From IMG/VR virus record IMGVR_UViG_3300025133_009608, positions 186,001 through 250,000 of that record: a stretch of 64,000 bases of DNA; one strand, given 5' to 3'. The translations under genes were made by a program, and so were the position numbers. A model generated the notes under the pieces. That model had not been told where the DNA came from, searched no databases, and saw only the letters and a program-made list of their open reading frames with translations. This document shows positions 38,366 through 48,871 of the stretch, piece after piece (position 1 is the first letter of the stretch; each line of letters starts with the position of its first letter).

Positions 38366-39757
38366 TTATCCACTAAACCCAAGCTCGTCACGAGTATAGT
38401 GCAGCTCCTCTCCGTCGTCGTCTATTGTCTGAACATTTACTGGGGCTCCCCATACTTCAAACAAGTATCCCATTACCTTTTCTAGGTGCTTGGGATCGAG
38501 AGTCCCAATGTCTCCACTTGTATGTTCGAGCTCCAAGCCCTCATGACTTGCCTTTACAATGCACAGCTCCGGGGCGCGATACCCATAGCAATCAGAAATC
38601 AAATTCTCAACCACATCGTCTAAATCTGTTGATATAATCTTAATAATTTTTCCGGCCTTTTGGTCTTTTATATACTTATAGCAAAACAGCTTGAGGCCCT
38701 CCGCGATCTCCTTGGTCAAATAGGTTCGCACGAAAGATACGTCATCTTCATTTGCAACAACTTCATAAATTTTTTCTAGGCCATTTATTTCAGACTCTCC
38801 GTCTTCAAACTTTTTGTCCCAACGCTTCTTAATGTCGTTTAAAAGAGTGAAGCCCAAAAAGTATGGATTAATTTTTAACTTATTTCCGCCAGGCTGAACA
38901 ACTCTTTCGTGAATCTTTACGAACTCTAGGTATTCGGCCTCTGTGATAGACTTCATTCTGTACATTATCTCCGCGTGAATCCAAGATGCAATCCCTTCGT
39001 TTAGTCGCTGAGTAACGTACTGTGGATAAAAATAATATGACTCCTCTCTGATGATCTCAAAAATATCTCGCTCCCAATCTTCCAAGTTTGCGTGCTGAAT
39101 TAAAAACCACAAAAGATCATATTCAGGATGCGGAGGAAACGTGGGGGGCTTTCTCTCTTTTTTCTTTTTCGGGGTACCAAGAATGTCTACGAACTCATCT
39201 TTGTGCCCTGCTCGCGCTTTATAGGACTTCTTAGGGAGCCCTTTACCATAGGGCTTTCTCAAAACGCCCCTGTGCCAGTCTATATTTTTATCCATAGAAA
39301 AGGCTACATCCATAATATGCTCAACGGCCTTTAGTCCGTGTTTCTCAATGTAGTCATCTATCCTTCTTGCCCTCTCTGCTGCGTGATAAACCATTTTGTT
39401 ATCTGTCTGTTTGAATAAATAATTATGCTTAAAACAGGCAGAGTGACCGAGCACATGTGCCATTACCATTATGTTTGCAATATCTGAATTTGTATCCAAT
39501 AAAAAAGCGTATGACGGATCATTATTTAGCACAAGCTCATAAACCTTTGAGTGTCCCATCTCTCCTTGCATCTTCTGATACTCATAAGACTGCCCATACG
39601 ACCAGTGCCTTGATCTTGACGGAAGACCATAAGACATAACCTCCAAAAGAACCTCCTGTCCAACAACTTCCCATTGGACTGGATAATAATCGAGATTCAA
39701 CTCTTCTTTTGCAATCTTTTCAATTTCTTTAAGTTTTTCTTTTAAATTTTTATTCAT
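38366..39757 (-). CDS. spoVR: SpoVR/YcgB family protein
   Basis: GLPSR..HWSYG, YELVLN.DP, AHVLGH..FKHN, NEGIASW, NPYFLG. Confidence 0.9.
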   Translation of the reverse strand: MNKNLKEKLKEIEKIAKEELNLDYYPVQWEVVGQEVLLEVMSYGLPSRSRHWSYGQSYEYQKMQGEMGHSKVYELVLNNDPSYAFLLDTNSDIANIMVMAHVLGHSACFKHNYLFKQTDNKMVYHAAERARRIDDYIEKHGLKAVEHIMDVAFSMDKNIDWHRGVLRKPYGKGLPKKSYKARAGHKDEFVDILGTPKKKKERKPPTFPPHPEYDLLWFLIQHANLEDWERDIFEIIREESYYFYPQYVTQRLNEGIASWIHAEIMYRMKSITEAEYLEFVKIHERVVQPGGNKLKINPYFLGFTLLNDIKKRWDKKFEDGESEINGLEKIYEVVANEDDVSFVRTYLTKEIAEGLKLFCYKYIKDQKAGKIIKIISTDLDDVVENLISDCYGYRAPELCIVKASHEGLELEHTSGDIGTLDPKHLEKVMGYLFEVWGAPVNVQTIDDDGEELHYTRDELGFSG

Positions 39758-39787
39758 GATATAAGCTGCTCCATGGCACCGGATAGA

Positions 39788-40981
39788 TTATTGACCCTTC
39801 TTTTTCTTCTTGGAAATATTATCTATGTTAAAGAACACTTTTAATGCGTCGAACACCTGGCTTCTCTCCGTTACTCTCATGGATACAAATCTAGTTCTAT
39901 TGATCTCTCGGGCAAGCAGGCTTGATAGCAGATCTCCCTCTCGAATCCACGCCCTATGCTCTGTGCTTGGAATAATCTCCCCGTATCCAATGGCCGTAGT
40001 CAGCGGAAGCAGTTTTTTTATATAGTCAACGCACAGAAGGTTATCTTCGCCCCAGTTGTCTCCATCAGACCACTCCATTATATAATTGTTGTATTCCTCG
40101 GGCGGGTGGTTTGACATAATGTGTTCATATGCCATCTTAAATGCAGAACTACACTTTGTTCCTCCGCCGCTATTTACGCTGAAAAATTGCTCTTCATCGA
40201 CTATGAAGGCTTCGGTGTCATGGGCAATAAATACTAGCTTTATATTATCGTACCTTCTCTTTAAAAACTGCACCATCCAGAAATAAAAGCTCTTCGCTAT
40301 ATATCTCTTCTCCTCAGTCATCGAACCGCTGCGGTCCATCATTGCATATATAACAGCGTTTGAATGATACTCTCTTACCGTATCCCAGGACCGATAGCGA
40401 AAATCTGACTCATTTATGCCATCAATTTTCGCCTCACCCTTAGCTGCATTTCTTTTTATGTTTTGAAGAATTGTTTTCTTCAAATCTAAATCTGGATTTA
40501 TTCCCTTCTTCTCAATTGAATCTACCTCTTCGTACTCTACGGCGATTGAGCTTCCAAGGTTTGGTTCCATCCACGGCAAATCCAGCTCCTTAAGAAGCAC
40601 ATCTACTAACTCGTCTATGGATACTTCCGCATCAAAGGTTCGGGGACCCGTTTCATCTCCAGGCTTTCCATCTCCGGGCTTACCCCTTTGGGGTTTTCCG
40701 TTCCCGATTCTAAATTTATCGCCCGGCTTCGTGCTAACCCCCTGGCCGACACCGCCGTTCTTATTTAGTTTCCCATATTTAAATTTGTACTGATCCAAGA
40801 ACTTTATCGGAACTTTTATCTTCTTATTGCCGTCGGTTGTTATAACATTGTATTCTGTAATAAGATCTTTTCCGTGTTTTCTTATGGCGTCTTTTACCAA
40901 CTCCTTATGCCTGTCAGAATCTCTCTTTCCACGGCGTTTAAGATTCCAAATGTCAGAGAGGCTTTTGCCATTTTTCGACAT
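39788..40981 (-). CDS. yhbH: YhbH/YeaH (DUF444) vWA-like protein
   Basis: D..RH, SNAVIYAMMDRSGSM, FIAHDTEA, SGGGTKCSSA, SDGDNW. Confidence 0.9.
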   Translation of the reverse strand: MSKNGKSLSDIWNLKRRGKRDSDRHKELVKDAIRKHGKDLITEYNVITTDGNKKIKVPIKFLDQYKFKYGKLNKNGGVGQGVSTKPGDKFRIGNGKPQRGKPGDGKPGDETGPRTFDAEVSIDELVDVLLKELDLPWMEPNLGSSIAVEYEEVDSIEKKGINPDLDLKKTILQNIKRNAAKGEAKIDGINESDFRYRSWDTVREYHSNAVIYAMMDRSGSMTEEKRYIAKSFYFWMVQFLKRRYDNIKLVFIAHDTEAFIVDEEQFFSVNSGGGTKCSSAFKMAYEHIMSNHPPEEYNNYIMEWSDGDNWGEDNLLCVDYIKKLLPLTTAIGYGEIIPSTEHRAWIREGDLLSSLLAREINRTRFVSMRVTERSQVFDALKVFFNIDNISKKKKKGQ

Positions 40982-40989
40982 TGCTTATC

Positions 40990-42915
40990 CTAGTTTCTGG
41001 CCATCAGTGAGCTGACGTACTTGAGCAGGTTGTTTGCGCTTTCCGGAGTATACCCATGATGATCACAAAGCGCCTCGATTACTACATTTAACTTTTTAAG
41101 TGCATTTTCATCTGGATTTCTTGTACTGACCGTCAACCTGATGACGTCCTGCCGCTCATCAAATAGCTGCTTCTCGAGACCCTCTCTTAGTCTGGGGTGC
41201 TCTTTGTAATTATAGGTTCCATTATCATTTGCAGAGCGGAGCATCTTTCTAAAGATTTCTTGTCTGAATGATTTCTTTCCGGACTCTGTAATTTTCACCT
41301 TCTCTTCTATTGAGCGCATAAGTCTTTCGTCTGGCTCTCGAAGATTCCCCCACTCATCCTCTATTTTTGAGCCATCCAAAAATGCCTCTACTTGATCCAT
41401 ATAGTTTTGAAGTAAGTTTGAAACCTCTTCTTCGAAGTTTAGGAAGAAAGCTTTTTGAACCTCGTTCTTAGCCAACTTGCTATACTCCTCTATCACAAAG
41501 GTTAAGATATTCTCTAGTCGCTCAATTTCCTTTTCGTCAAGTTTCGGATTGGAGATGAACCCTGATCTAATAGATCGAATTATATCGACTGGAGAAATAC
41601 TAGAAACGCCATCTTCGGCAAGGGTTGCTGAAATTCTATTTATAATATATCGAGGAGACACCCCGTCCATGCCTTCTGATGAAAACTCTTTTCTAAGAGC
41701 CTGAACTTCCATCTTTGTAAAGCCCTCAACGTCATCTCCATTATATAGGCGCATTTTATTCATTATGGATAAGCCCTCATTTTTAGAAGTCTTAAGCCTT
41801 GAGAGCACTGCAAACATAGCGGCACAATGAAGCGTATACGGGGCTATATGAACGCCATCGAATCTAGACTGAGAGATCAGCTTTTCGTATATCTTCATCT
41901 CTTCGCTGACCCGAGTATTGTAAGGAACTTTTACCACAATTATGCGGTCGTGCAGAGCCTCCATCTCATCTTTCGCCAAAAAACGATCGTATTCTGTCTG
42001 GTTTGTGTGGGCTAATAAAAATTCATCTGCATAAATTAATGGAAATCTTCCAGTTTTAATATTCTTTTCTTGTGCCAATGTTAGCAGAACATAGAGGAAT
42101 TTCTGATCGACCTTGAGCATTTCGACGAACTCCATCATCCCGCGATTTGCTATATTTAACTCCCCATCAAATCTGTACGCTCTAGGATCAGATTCTGCTC
42201 CATATTCCCCAATCTTGCTAAGATCCATGGAGCCAACTAATTCTGAAATATCTTGGCTCTTTTTATCTGACGGCACGAAGGTTCCAATTCCAGTTCTAGA
42301 CTGCTCTGATAGTATCACTCTCTTTACTGGGAGGTCTAGAAAGTTCCCATCGTATTTATCTCGAAGGATAAGACCCATAAGAGGGCTTAGCTGCCCACGG
42401 ATTAGGATGCCGTGCTCCTCCTTGAACTGGCCCCTTAGGCTTTCGGGAATTGCGCATAACGGGTCCTCCTGCATTGGGGAGTCTGAGAGTCCGTATAGGG
42501 CGCCCTCGTCTATTCTGGAAAATGCCTCCATTCCTCTTTTTAGCGAAATGGCCAACTGAGACTTACCACTAGAAGTTGGTCCAAACATTAAAAGTATTCT
42601 TCGAGAAACTTCACTGCCAGTAGCTGCGGCCCGAAGGTAGGACATGATTTCTTCTATTGATTCGTCAATACCAAATAAATCATTTTCAAAGAATTTATAA
42701 TTTGTTATATTGCCATCCTCGTCTCTGTCAATTCCGGCGTGTTCGATCATCTTTAGGGCCCGCTCGTGAGCACCCATATGAATCGAGGGATTCGTGATTA
42801 CCATCTCGATATAATCTTTGAGAGTGCCCTTCCACAAGGACTCTTCGCCGGCCTCAATGTGCTCGCCTAGCGCGTCTAAAATTGAAAGATTTTTCTTTGA
42901 AGTCTTTTTTGGCAT
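40990..42915 (-). CDS. prkA: PrkA/YeaG AAA+ serine kinase family protein
   Basis: GPTSSGKS, QDISELVGS, ESDPRAY.FDGELN.ANRG..EFVEMLK, EGMDGVSPR. Confidence 0.92.
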   Translation of the reverse strand: MPKKTSKKNLSILDALGEHIEAGEESLWKGTLKDYIEMVITNPSIHMGAHERALKMIEHAGIDRDEDGNITNYKFFENDLFGIDESIEEIMSYLRAAATGSEVSRRILLMFGPTSSGKSQLAISLKRGMEAFSRIDEGALYGLSDSPMQEDPLCAIPESLRGQFKEEHGILIRGQLSPLMGLILRDKYDGNFLDLPVKRVILSEQSRTGIGTFVPSDKKSQDISELVGSMDLSKIGEYGAESDPRAYRFDGELNIANRGMMEFVEMLKVDQKFLYVLLTLAQEKNIKTGRFPLIYADEFLLAHTNQTEYDRFLAKDEMEALHDRIIVVKVPYNTRVSEEMKIYEKLISQSRFDGVHIAPYTLHCAAMFAVLSRLKTSKNEGLSIMNKMRLYNGDDVEGFTKMEVQALRKEFSSEGMDGVSPRYIINRISATLAEDGVSSISPVDIIRSIRSGFISNPKLDEKEIERLENILTFVIEEYSKLAKNEVQKAFFLNFEEEVSNLLQNYMDQVEAFLDGSKIEDEWGNLREPDERLMRSIEEKVKITESGKKSFRQEIFRKMLRSANDNGTYNYKEHPRLREGLEKQLFDERQDVIRLTVSTRNPDENALKKLNVVIEALCDHHGYTPESANNLLKYVSSLMARN

Positions 42916-42931
42916 TCTACTTTTCTCCTGC

Positions 42932-43219
42932 TTATTTTTCTTCACCAAAGATGTCACGAATAGCTCTCTGGTCACCTTCTCTTATTTTATTAGTAATAAC
43001 CCTGGCCTCTTCTTTTGCTTTTTCAACTATTTCTTCTTTTCTTCTTTCTATCTTACCGAAGGGGGCCGAGACTTTTCTGATCAAAGTTTTATTTTGACAT
43101 TCATCGCATAAAAGATCTTCAAAATGATTATTACAAATTAGTTGTTTATATTTTAAAATTCCATAATTAAAATTATGCTGAGTCAAGCATTTGGTACATT
43201 CAAATGTATATTTTGGCAT
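42932..43219 (-). CDS. FmdB-like zinc-ribbon protein
   Basis: MPKYTFECTKC...CDEC. Confidence 0.7.
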   Translation of the reverse strand: MPKYTFECTKCLTQHNFNYGILKYKQLICNNHFEDLLCDECQNKTLIRKVSAPFGKIERRKEEIVEKAKEEARVITNKIREGDQRAIRDIFGEEK

Positions 43220-43404
43220 TATGCCTCCGAGGTTTCTTTATAAAAGAGCAAATCATTTTTAAATTCTATATTTCCAGATAGAGACAGATCTCTTAGTAAT
43301 TTTTTTTTGAACTTTTCATCAGTTATTACTACGCTTATTTCCAAATCATTAGTTTTTGTGTCATATTTAATATTTTTAATCTTTCCAACCTTTTTTTCTT
43401 TCAT
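43219..43404 (-). CDS. Small hypothetical protein
   Basis: Coupled ORF. Confidence 0.5.
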   Translation of the reverse strand: MKEKKVGKIKNIKYDTKTNDLEISVVITDEKFKKKLLRDLSLSGNIEFKNDLLFYKETSEA

Positions 43405-43712
43405 TCCATCCCCAGTGCGGCGAGCGCCTCTAGTATATGTGGATTAGACTGATTCGCCATAAACAGCAATAGGCTCTTATCTAATTTTTCATATTCACAA
43501 ATCATATATGACGGTATGTCAATTGCCGGAATCGCCTCGGGCCGGTCCGGACTGCCCATATATTTGTCAAGAGGAATGGCTCTAATATACTTATCGCTTC
43601 GGCCAACTTTTACGATCAAATATGTTCGATCTTTTTCGAAGATAGTGCTGATCTTGACTATATCTTTTGAGCGGAGATTATTTATATCTGATGGCTTAAA
43701 TTGCATTTTCAT
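43401..43712 (-). CDS. Hypothetical protein
   Basis: Coupled ORF downstream of dnaB. Confidence 0.5.
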   Translation of the reverse strand: MKMQFKPSDINNLRSKDIVKISTIFEKDRTYLIVKVGRSDKYIRAIPLDKYMGSPDRPEAIPAIDIPSYMICEYEKLDKSLLLFMANQSNPHILEALAALGME

Positions 43713-45063
43713 CTCCCGGATCCTCAACCCAGTCATCCGGGAAATCTTCAATTCTAGACTTTGCGAAAACTTTTCTTAGCGAGACGGTCCCCTTTGGGCC
43801 GTCTCTATTTTTTACAATATGTATTTGCATATCTTCTCGTAACTGCTCGTCTTCTCTGTTCCCAATTATGAACGCAATGGCTGCATTATCTCCAATCATT
43901 TTGCTTCGGCCAAAATCCTCAAGGCTAACATTGTCTTCTTGTTTTCCGTTCTTTTTTCTTCCCGCGGCCTTTCTTTGCGCTGCGGTTATAACCGGAATGT
44001 CTTTTTTTCTGCAAAACTCATGCATCTCTTCGGACACCTTTCCGACGTCGAGCCAGTCGGATCCAGCGGTTCCAAGGACTGGCTTCATTAGTTGCAGGTA
44101 ATCGATAAAGATTGCATCCGGCCTAAATATTCCCATAATACTTTCAAACTTTGCTTCGATCTCTCCCATGGTAGAGCCGCGTGGCAAATCGAGTATATAA
44201 AATATTTTATCATAGTTTTTTTGAAACTTAAGACCCTTTTTCCATCGTTTCTTTTCGCCATCTTTTAGCCGCCCGCGCATAACTCCGCGGTGGGATACTT
44301 GCGCTATATTCGCATCAAGCCTCTGCTCTAGCTGCTTTTTGCTCATCTCGAGTGATACATATAAAATATTTTTTCCATCATTAGATGTAATATCGCCAGT
44401 TTCCGGAGAATTTGTTCCCCTCCATGCATTTATGGCCATATTCATCATCAATAATGACTTGCCCGATGAGCTTGCTCCGCCGATCACCAACATCTCTGAG
44501 TTCTTAATCCCCCAGGTATATTCATCTAGCGCAGGATATCCTGATAAAAAGCCGCGTATTTCTTCTGGGTTTTCCGCCGTATATTCATAATCTCTAATTC
44601 GGTCCTCAACCGACATTGAAACCATTCCCTCTGAAAATACATCGTTTTTGTACAGCTTCTCAGTCTGCGAAAGTACTTTTTTCAAGCCCTCATTGAAATC
44701 CTCAACCGACTCCTCCCCCCTCTCTACATCCTCTGCGACCCCTCCTACTTTGCTAATTAGAAATTTATTATAGCGCTCTTTTATTTTATCTAAAAAATAT
44801 CCGACTTCATTTGCGGCACATGACTCTTCTTCTATAAATCTTGCGATCTCTGAGTCCTCTCCCTCTTCCTCGAGCAAGGAATATAGGACATCAAAAGATG
44901 GCGGAATCTTGTGCCGAGAATAATATTTATACATTGCAGCCTCTGCCGGCTTCATGGTCGGAAGAACAACTTTGTTTAAAAGATCATGCTCTATCTCTCT
45001 ATAGATCCCATTTAGCTCGATTGAGCCTTTTAGCATCCAGTTTATAATCTTAGCATCTATCAT
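43696..45063 (-). CDS. dnaB: DnaB-like replicative helicase
   Basis: GASSSGKS, VSLEM, FIDYLQLM, AAQ, KNRDG. Confidence 0.9.
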   Translation of the reverse strand: MIDAKIINWMLKGSIELNGIYREIEHDLLNKVVLPTMKPAEAAMYKYYSRHKIPPSFDVLYSLLEEEGEDSEIARFIEEESCAANEVGYFLDKIKERYNKFLISKVGGVAEDVERGEESVEDFNEGLKKVLSQTEKLYKNDVFSEGMVSMSVEDRIRDYEYTAENPEEIRGFLSGYPALDEYTWGIKNSEMLVIGGASSSGKSLLMMNMAINAWRGTNSPETGDITSNDGKNILYVSLEMSKKQLEQRLDANIAQVSHRGVMRGRLKDGEKKRWKKGLKFQKNYDKIFYILDLPRGSTMGEIEAKFESIMGIFRPDAIFIDYLQLMKPVLGTAGSDWLDVGKVSEEMHEFCRKKDIPVITAAQRKAAGRKKNGKQEDNVSLEDFGRSKMIGDNAAIAFIIGNREDEQLREDMQIHIVKNRDGPKGTVSLRKVFAKSRIEDFPDDWVEDPGDENAI

Positions 45064-45728
45064 TTAGCTCTCTTTCTGAAGTCCGATCCGGAAACTACAT
45101 ATTCTTTTAAAAATTTTGAAAACAAAGACTCGGTAGACCTGGAAAAGCTACCGGCCAATACGTCCTTGAGTGACGGGGTATTTGAGCAAATTATCGTCGG
45201 CATCTTATTTTGGAACCTATGCCGAAGAACCCTCTCCATAGTTTGTCCGAACAGGAGTTCGGCCTTTTCGGACGGATAGACCCATCGGGAATCATACTCG
45301 TCGATTACTATAAAATCCGTCGATGTTATCTTGGAAAAAAAATTTCGGTCTTCGATTGAGTCTTGGATCATATCGCTCATATTATAGTACCCAGCCGAGT
45401 AGCCTTTTGTGATTGCTATTTTCAAAAAACACGCTGCCATATACGTCTTGCCGGTACCTAGCGGGCCAATAAACCCAAAGGACTCTCCGTCATCGTACAT
45501 TTTATCTATATTCGTTATCTTCGGCTCCATTGCCGACTTGAACCTCCTATCTCCGGCGAAGTCTTTGAATGAATGCTTCCAATATTCGAGTGGAATTTCG
45601 GCGCTGGTGTATCTATCAACCCTAGAGAATTTCTTTGAGCACTGGTTGCAGGTATTTTCTCCGCACTTATCACATTCATTTTTTATCAACAATTTTTCTC
45701 TATCTAATTTACTCTTTGGGATCATCAT
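45060..45728 (-). CDS. DnaC/IstB-like AAA+ helicase loader
   Basis: Cys cluster, GPLGTGKT, VIDE, R..NKMPTIICSN. Confidence 0.8.
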   Translation of the reverse strand: MMIPKSKLDREKLLIKNECDKCGENTCNQCSKKFSRVDRYTSAEIPLEYWKHSFKDFAGDRRFKSAMEPKITNIDKMYDDGESFGFIGPLGTGKTYMAACFLKIAITKGYSAGYYNMSDMIQDSIEDRNFFSKITSTDFIVIDEYDSRWVYPSEKAELLFGQTMERVLRHRFQNKMPTIICSNTPSLKDVLAGSFSRSTESLFSKFLKEYVVSGSDFRKRAK

Positions 45729-46128
45729 CGCCCTCTATGACAAAGTTCATGCCACTAAGGCCTCCTTTTGCGTCCGGCTCTCCCCCGAAAAATGCAGAAA
45801 AATTATTATCTTCACCATCATCAATGTGGTTAAGCATCGATTTTGGAATCGACATTGCGCTTTCATCATAATGCAATCTATTTTCTGGAAAAGAAGTATC
45901 AGCTGCCTTTGCTGGCTCTCCCTCTTCGGGTCCAAGGTGCTGAATTGGAGCCGATGCCCCCTTTTCGAGTATGCTCATCGCTGAGACCTTGCTTTTAAAT
46001 ATCAAGTATAATTGTCCATCGGACCTCACCACTAGGTTTTCATCGCTTGTCGACTCAACGATCCCCGTTAGGGTCCATCCTCCGTCTAAAAACAGCGCGG
46101 CTGTTAGTCCTTCTAATTTGTGCTTCAT
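45709..46128 (-). CDS. Hfq/Sm-like RNA-binding protein with acidic tail
   Basis: LFLDGGWTLTGIVES..ENLVV..GQLYLIFKSKVSAM aligns with the Hfq Sm1/Sm2 pattern. Confidence 0.55.
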   Translation of the reverse strand: MKHKLEGLTAALFLDGGWTLTGIVESTSDENLVVRSDGQLYLIFKSKVSAMSILEKGASAPIQHLGPEEGEPAKAADTSFPENRLHYDESAMSIPKSMLNHIDDGEDNNFSAFFGGEPDAKGGLSGMNFVIEGDDDPKE

Positions 46129-46727
46129 TGTATTAACCCAAGTTGTTTCGCTCTACCTATAAGGGCAGCTTCTGGCTCATGGGGCGAAAGCGAATATGTT
46201 TCTATATATCTTTTTATAATCTCTAAGTCATCAGTGGTTTCAATTTGGTGCTCGGATGCTAGGCTGGGATGAGTTTCCTTGCACCATTCGGCTAATATTT
46301 TGAATTTATTCTTTTCATTATGCTTTTTTAGCATTGAATCATACATCCTTTCAAATTCATTGATCATTGATGGCATTAAAAACAATCCAGTACCAGTAAC
46401 GGATTTTTCACCACTTCTAAACTTATAATTAAACATCCATGATATATAATTTGAAATTTTTACCGTCAAATCGAGCTTTGTCTTTTTTCTTTCCTCATCG
46501 CCCAATTCATCATAATTTTCTGGGGCCAAAGTTTTAAATAATTTTGCGAAGTCACGGCTCTCCTTTCCAAGGCCTGGGCTCCCATTCCACCTGACCAGCC
46601 TAAAGTTTACGCCATTTTTATTTCGATACTCATGGCAAAATAGTGCCATAAGAGTGATGTGATTCCATGATTTTTTTGGCTTTGATATCCACTTTGGTAT
46701 ATTCTCATAAAATTCTTCTTGAGTCAT
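46125..46727 (-). CDS. Hypothetical protein in the replication operon
   Basis: 200-aa coupled ORF. Confidence 0.6.
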   Translation of the reverse strand: MTQEEFYENIPKWISKPKKSWNHITLMALFCHEYRNKNGVNFRLVRWNGSPGLGKESRDFAKLFKTLAPENYDELGDEERKKTKLDLTVKISNYISWMFNYKFRSGEKSVTGTGLFLMPSMINEFERMYDSMLKKHNEKNKFKILAEWCKETHPSLASEHQIETTDDLEIIKRYIETYSLSPHEPEAALIGRAKQLGLIQ

Positions 46728-47263
46728 TTGGAGTCCTCGTCTGGATTGAATACTGAAAAACTAACCCTGCCGTCGTCGACCGCTCGTCGGATCGCCCGCT
46801 GCACCTTGCTTAGCGAGCTTCCTCCGGTCTTTACGTCAAGGAATATAATCTGCTCTATATCTTGCGCAACACCTTCTCGAACTCGGGCCAGTCCGTCAAA
46901 AACTACAAAATCGATGGGCGCGGCAAAGAATCTAAAATCCTTTGGGTCCAGGCCGGTCTCCATTGCGAATGGAGCGAAATGTTCTGCCGTCTGCCCGCGA
47001 GTTATCGATTTAGATTTTTCTACTGCATCTTTTCTGATGTGCCGCTCTCTGATTTGCATCCAGTTTTCATACTCTGACTTAATTCTCTCCTCCAGCCTTC
47101 TCATCTCCAACTTGTGGCGATCAGAGATAACGCCAAGCTCTGTCTTTAGGGCCATATTTTGCATCTCTACGCCATTAGGCAGAGGCTTCGGCCTTGACAA
47201 GTAGAGAGACCCCAAGAGTGCTCCTATAAATATTATCAGGGCAAAAATCATAACATATTCCAT
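46724..47263 (-). CDS. Holliday-junction-resolvase-like PD-(D/E)xK endonuclease with N-terminal TM
   Basis: GQTAEHFAPF, FRF...PIDFVVFDG, FLDVKTG.S.LS..Q. Confidence 0.8.
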   Translation of the reverse strand: MEYVMIFALIIFIGALLGSLYLSRPKPLPNGVEMQNMALKTELGVISDRHKLEMRRLEERIKSEYENWMQIRERHIRKDAVEKSKSITRGQTAEHFAPFAMETGLDPKDFRFFAAPIDFVVFDGLARVREGVAQDIEQIIFLDVKTGGSSLSKVQRAIRRAVDDGRVSFSVFNPDEDSK

Positions 47264-47332
47264 AAAAATCTCCGGATGCATATATGGTACCAATGCGGAC
47301 AGAACATGTCTAAAAAAACTAATTAAAACTTT

Positions 47333-48871
47333 TCAGGTCCACTCGATTATCTTCCTATCTGGGTACTTCTTTAGTGGGATGTTTCTAGACATTATTATTT
47401 TGAATCCCGGTTCGCTCTGATAAACTTTTATTCGAGCCTCAGAGTGATCTCTTAGATACTTGCAGTTATCAAAAAACTCTACGACAATGGCCTTCTTTTT
47501 CCCCTTGTTTTTTCTGATAACCCTGCCAATTCTCTGAAGTGCTCTTCCGCTGGACTTGCCCGAGCCGGCAAGAATTAACGCATCAAGACTGGGGATGTCG
47601 ACGCCCTGATCAAAAATCTTTGAGGCGATTAGCAAGTCCAGGTTTCCATCTTTCATCTTCTGAATGGCCTCCATTCTATTCTTCGTGCTTCGAGCGCCGT
47701 CCAAAAACTCAACCCTATACTCATCTTGCAGCCTTTCCATAAGAAGCTTGCCATGGGCAACTCTAACTACAAGAATTAGAACTTTTCTTCCGCCATCTAT
47801 TAGCCTTCTCGCGGCCTTTATGATGAGATCGTTTCGCTCCTCGTTCTCTACGATATAATTTTTATACACTTCGTGATATGTCTTGCCAACCTTTCGCATG
47901 GTTGGGACGTTTAAAAAATGTATATCCGGAGGAACCAAGTACTCCTCCCTGATTAGCTTTGTGGCACTGATGTCAACAATTTTTGGGCCAGCCACAGCCT
48001 CGATTAGAAGATCATCCCCGCCATCCCGCCATGGCGTTCCAGAGAGCAAGAACCTGTGTCGAGCAGATGTCGAGGCTTTGTGCAAGAACTGCAAAGTCTC
48101 AGATGCCGCATATTGGCACTCGTCAAAAATAAACAATTGAGCATTCTCAACCGCCGCCCTAACGCTTTCCTTGTTAAGGGCTTTGATATGTTTTTTTGAA
48201 TCTTGAGTTGTATCATTATCTATCGTCTTAACTTTTTTGTTAAATGCAGCAGCAGCAGACCAGATTGTCATTATCGTGATGTCTTTTGACACATCACATT
48301 CTCCGCCTCCGACGATTCCGCAGTCTATCCCATAGGCGTCTTTCATTGTATCTTTCATTTGATATAATAATTCAATCCCAATAACATAGATTACAGTTGG
48401 TATATTGTAATGCGCAGCGATAGAGCAGAGCATAAATGCCTTCCCCGAGCCTGTAGCTGACTTTATTATTCCGCCTCCGGACTTTATGGATGATCTTAGC
48501 GCCTTCTGCTGATAGTCTCTCGGCTCAAATGCCTCCGGGAGCATCTGGATTGGCTCGCCATACTTTGGAACTGGGCGATTATCGATTATTTCATACGTCA
48601 ATTTGTTTTCATCTAAAATTTTTGTCACTATCTTTAGTAGGCCTATATGGCATTTCCCATATTTTGTCATGAGTCGGACTTGCCCATCCCAGCCGCCCTG
48701 GCTCCCTCTCGCTCCGAACCCTCCGCGACCGCCCTGCATATATTTGTACCCAGGATGCTCGTAGCTAGTCGCCTCATCTATGATCTTCGTAACCTCCTGT
48801 GGAATGAATCCGCTTATTTTGCAGTTAACATTATCCAGAGAAATAGAAATTATATCGTCTTCACTGCTCAC
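47333..48871 (-). CDS. Superfamily 2 helicase (UvsW/XPB-like)
   Basis: RDYQ, ATGSGK, DECQ, SGTP, GVDIP, QRIGRVIR. Confidence 0.9.
   Translation of the reverse strand: MSSEDDIISISLDNVNCKISGFIPQEVTKIIDEATSYEHPGYKYMQGGRGGFGARGSQGGWDGQVRLMTKYGKCHIGLLKIVTKILDENKLTYEIIDNRPVPKYGEPIQMLPEAFEPRDYQQKALRSSIKSGGGIIKSATGSGKAFMLCSIAAHYNIPTVIYVIGIELLYQMKDTMKDAYGIDCGIVGGGECDVSKDITIMTIWSAAAAFNKKVKTIDNDTTQDSKKHIKALNKESVRAAVENAQLFIFDECQYAASETLQFLHKASTSARHRFLLSGTPWRDGGDDLLIEAVAGPKIVDISATKLIREEYLVPPDIHFLNVPTMRKVGKTYHEVYKNYIVENEERNDLIIKAARRLIDGGRKVLILVVRVAHGKLLMERLQDEYRVEFLDGARSTKNRMEAIQKMKDGNLDLLIASKIFDQGVDIPSLDALILAGSGKSSGRALQRIGRVIRKNKGKKKAIVVEFFDNCKYLRDHSEARIKVYQSEPGFKIIMSRNIPLKKYPDRKIIEWT

Noticed and set aside
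34644-45063. Inteins or introns in nrdJ, prkA or dnaB
   Set aside because: Lengths are normal and catalytic motifs are contiguous; no splice-junction motifs seen
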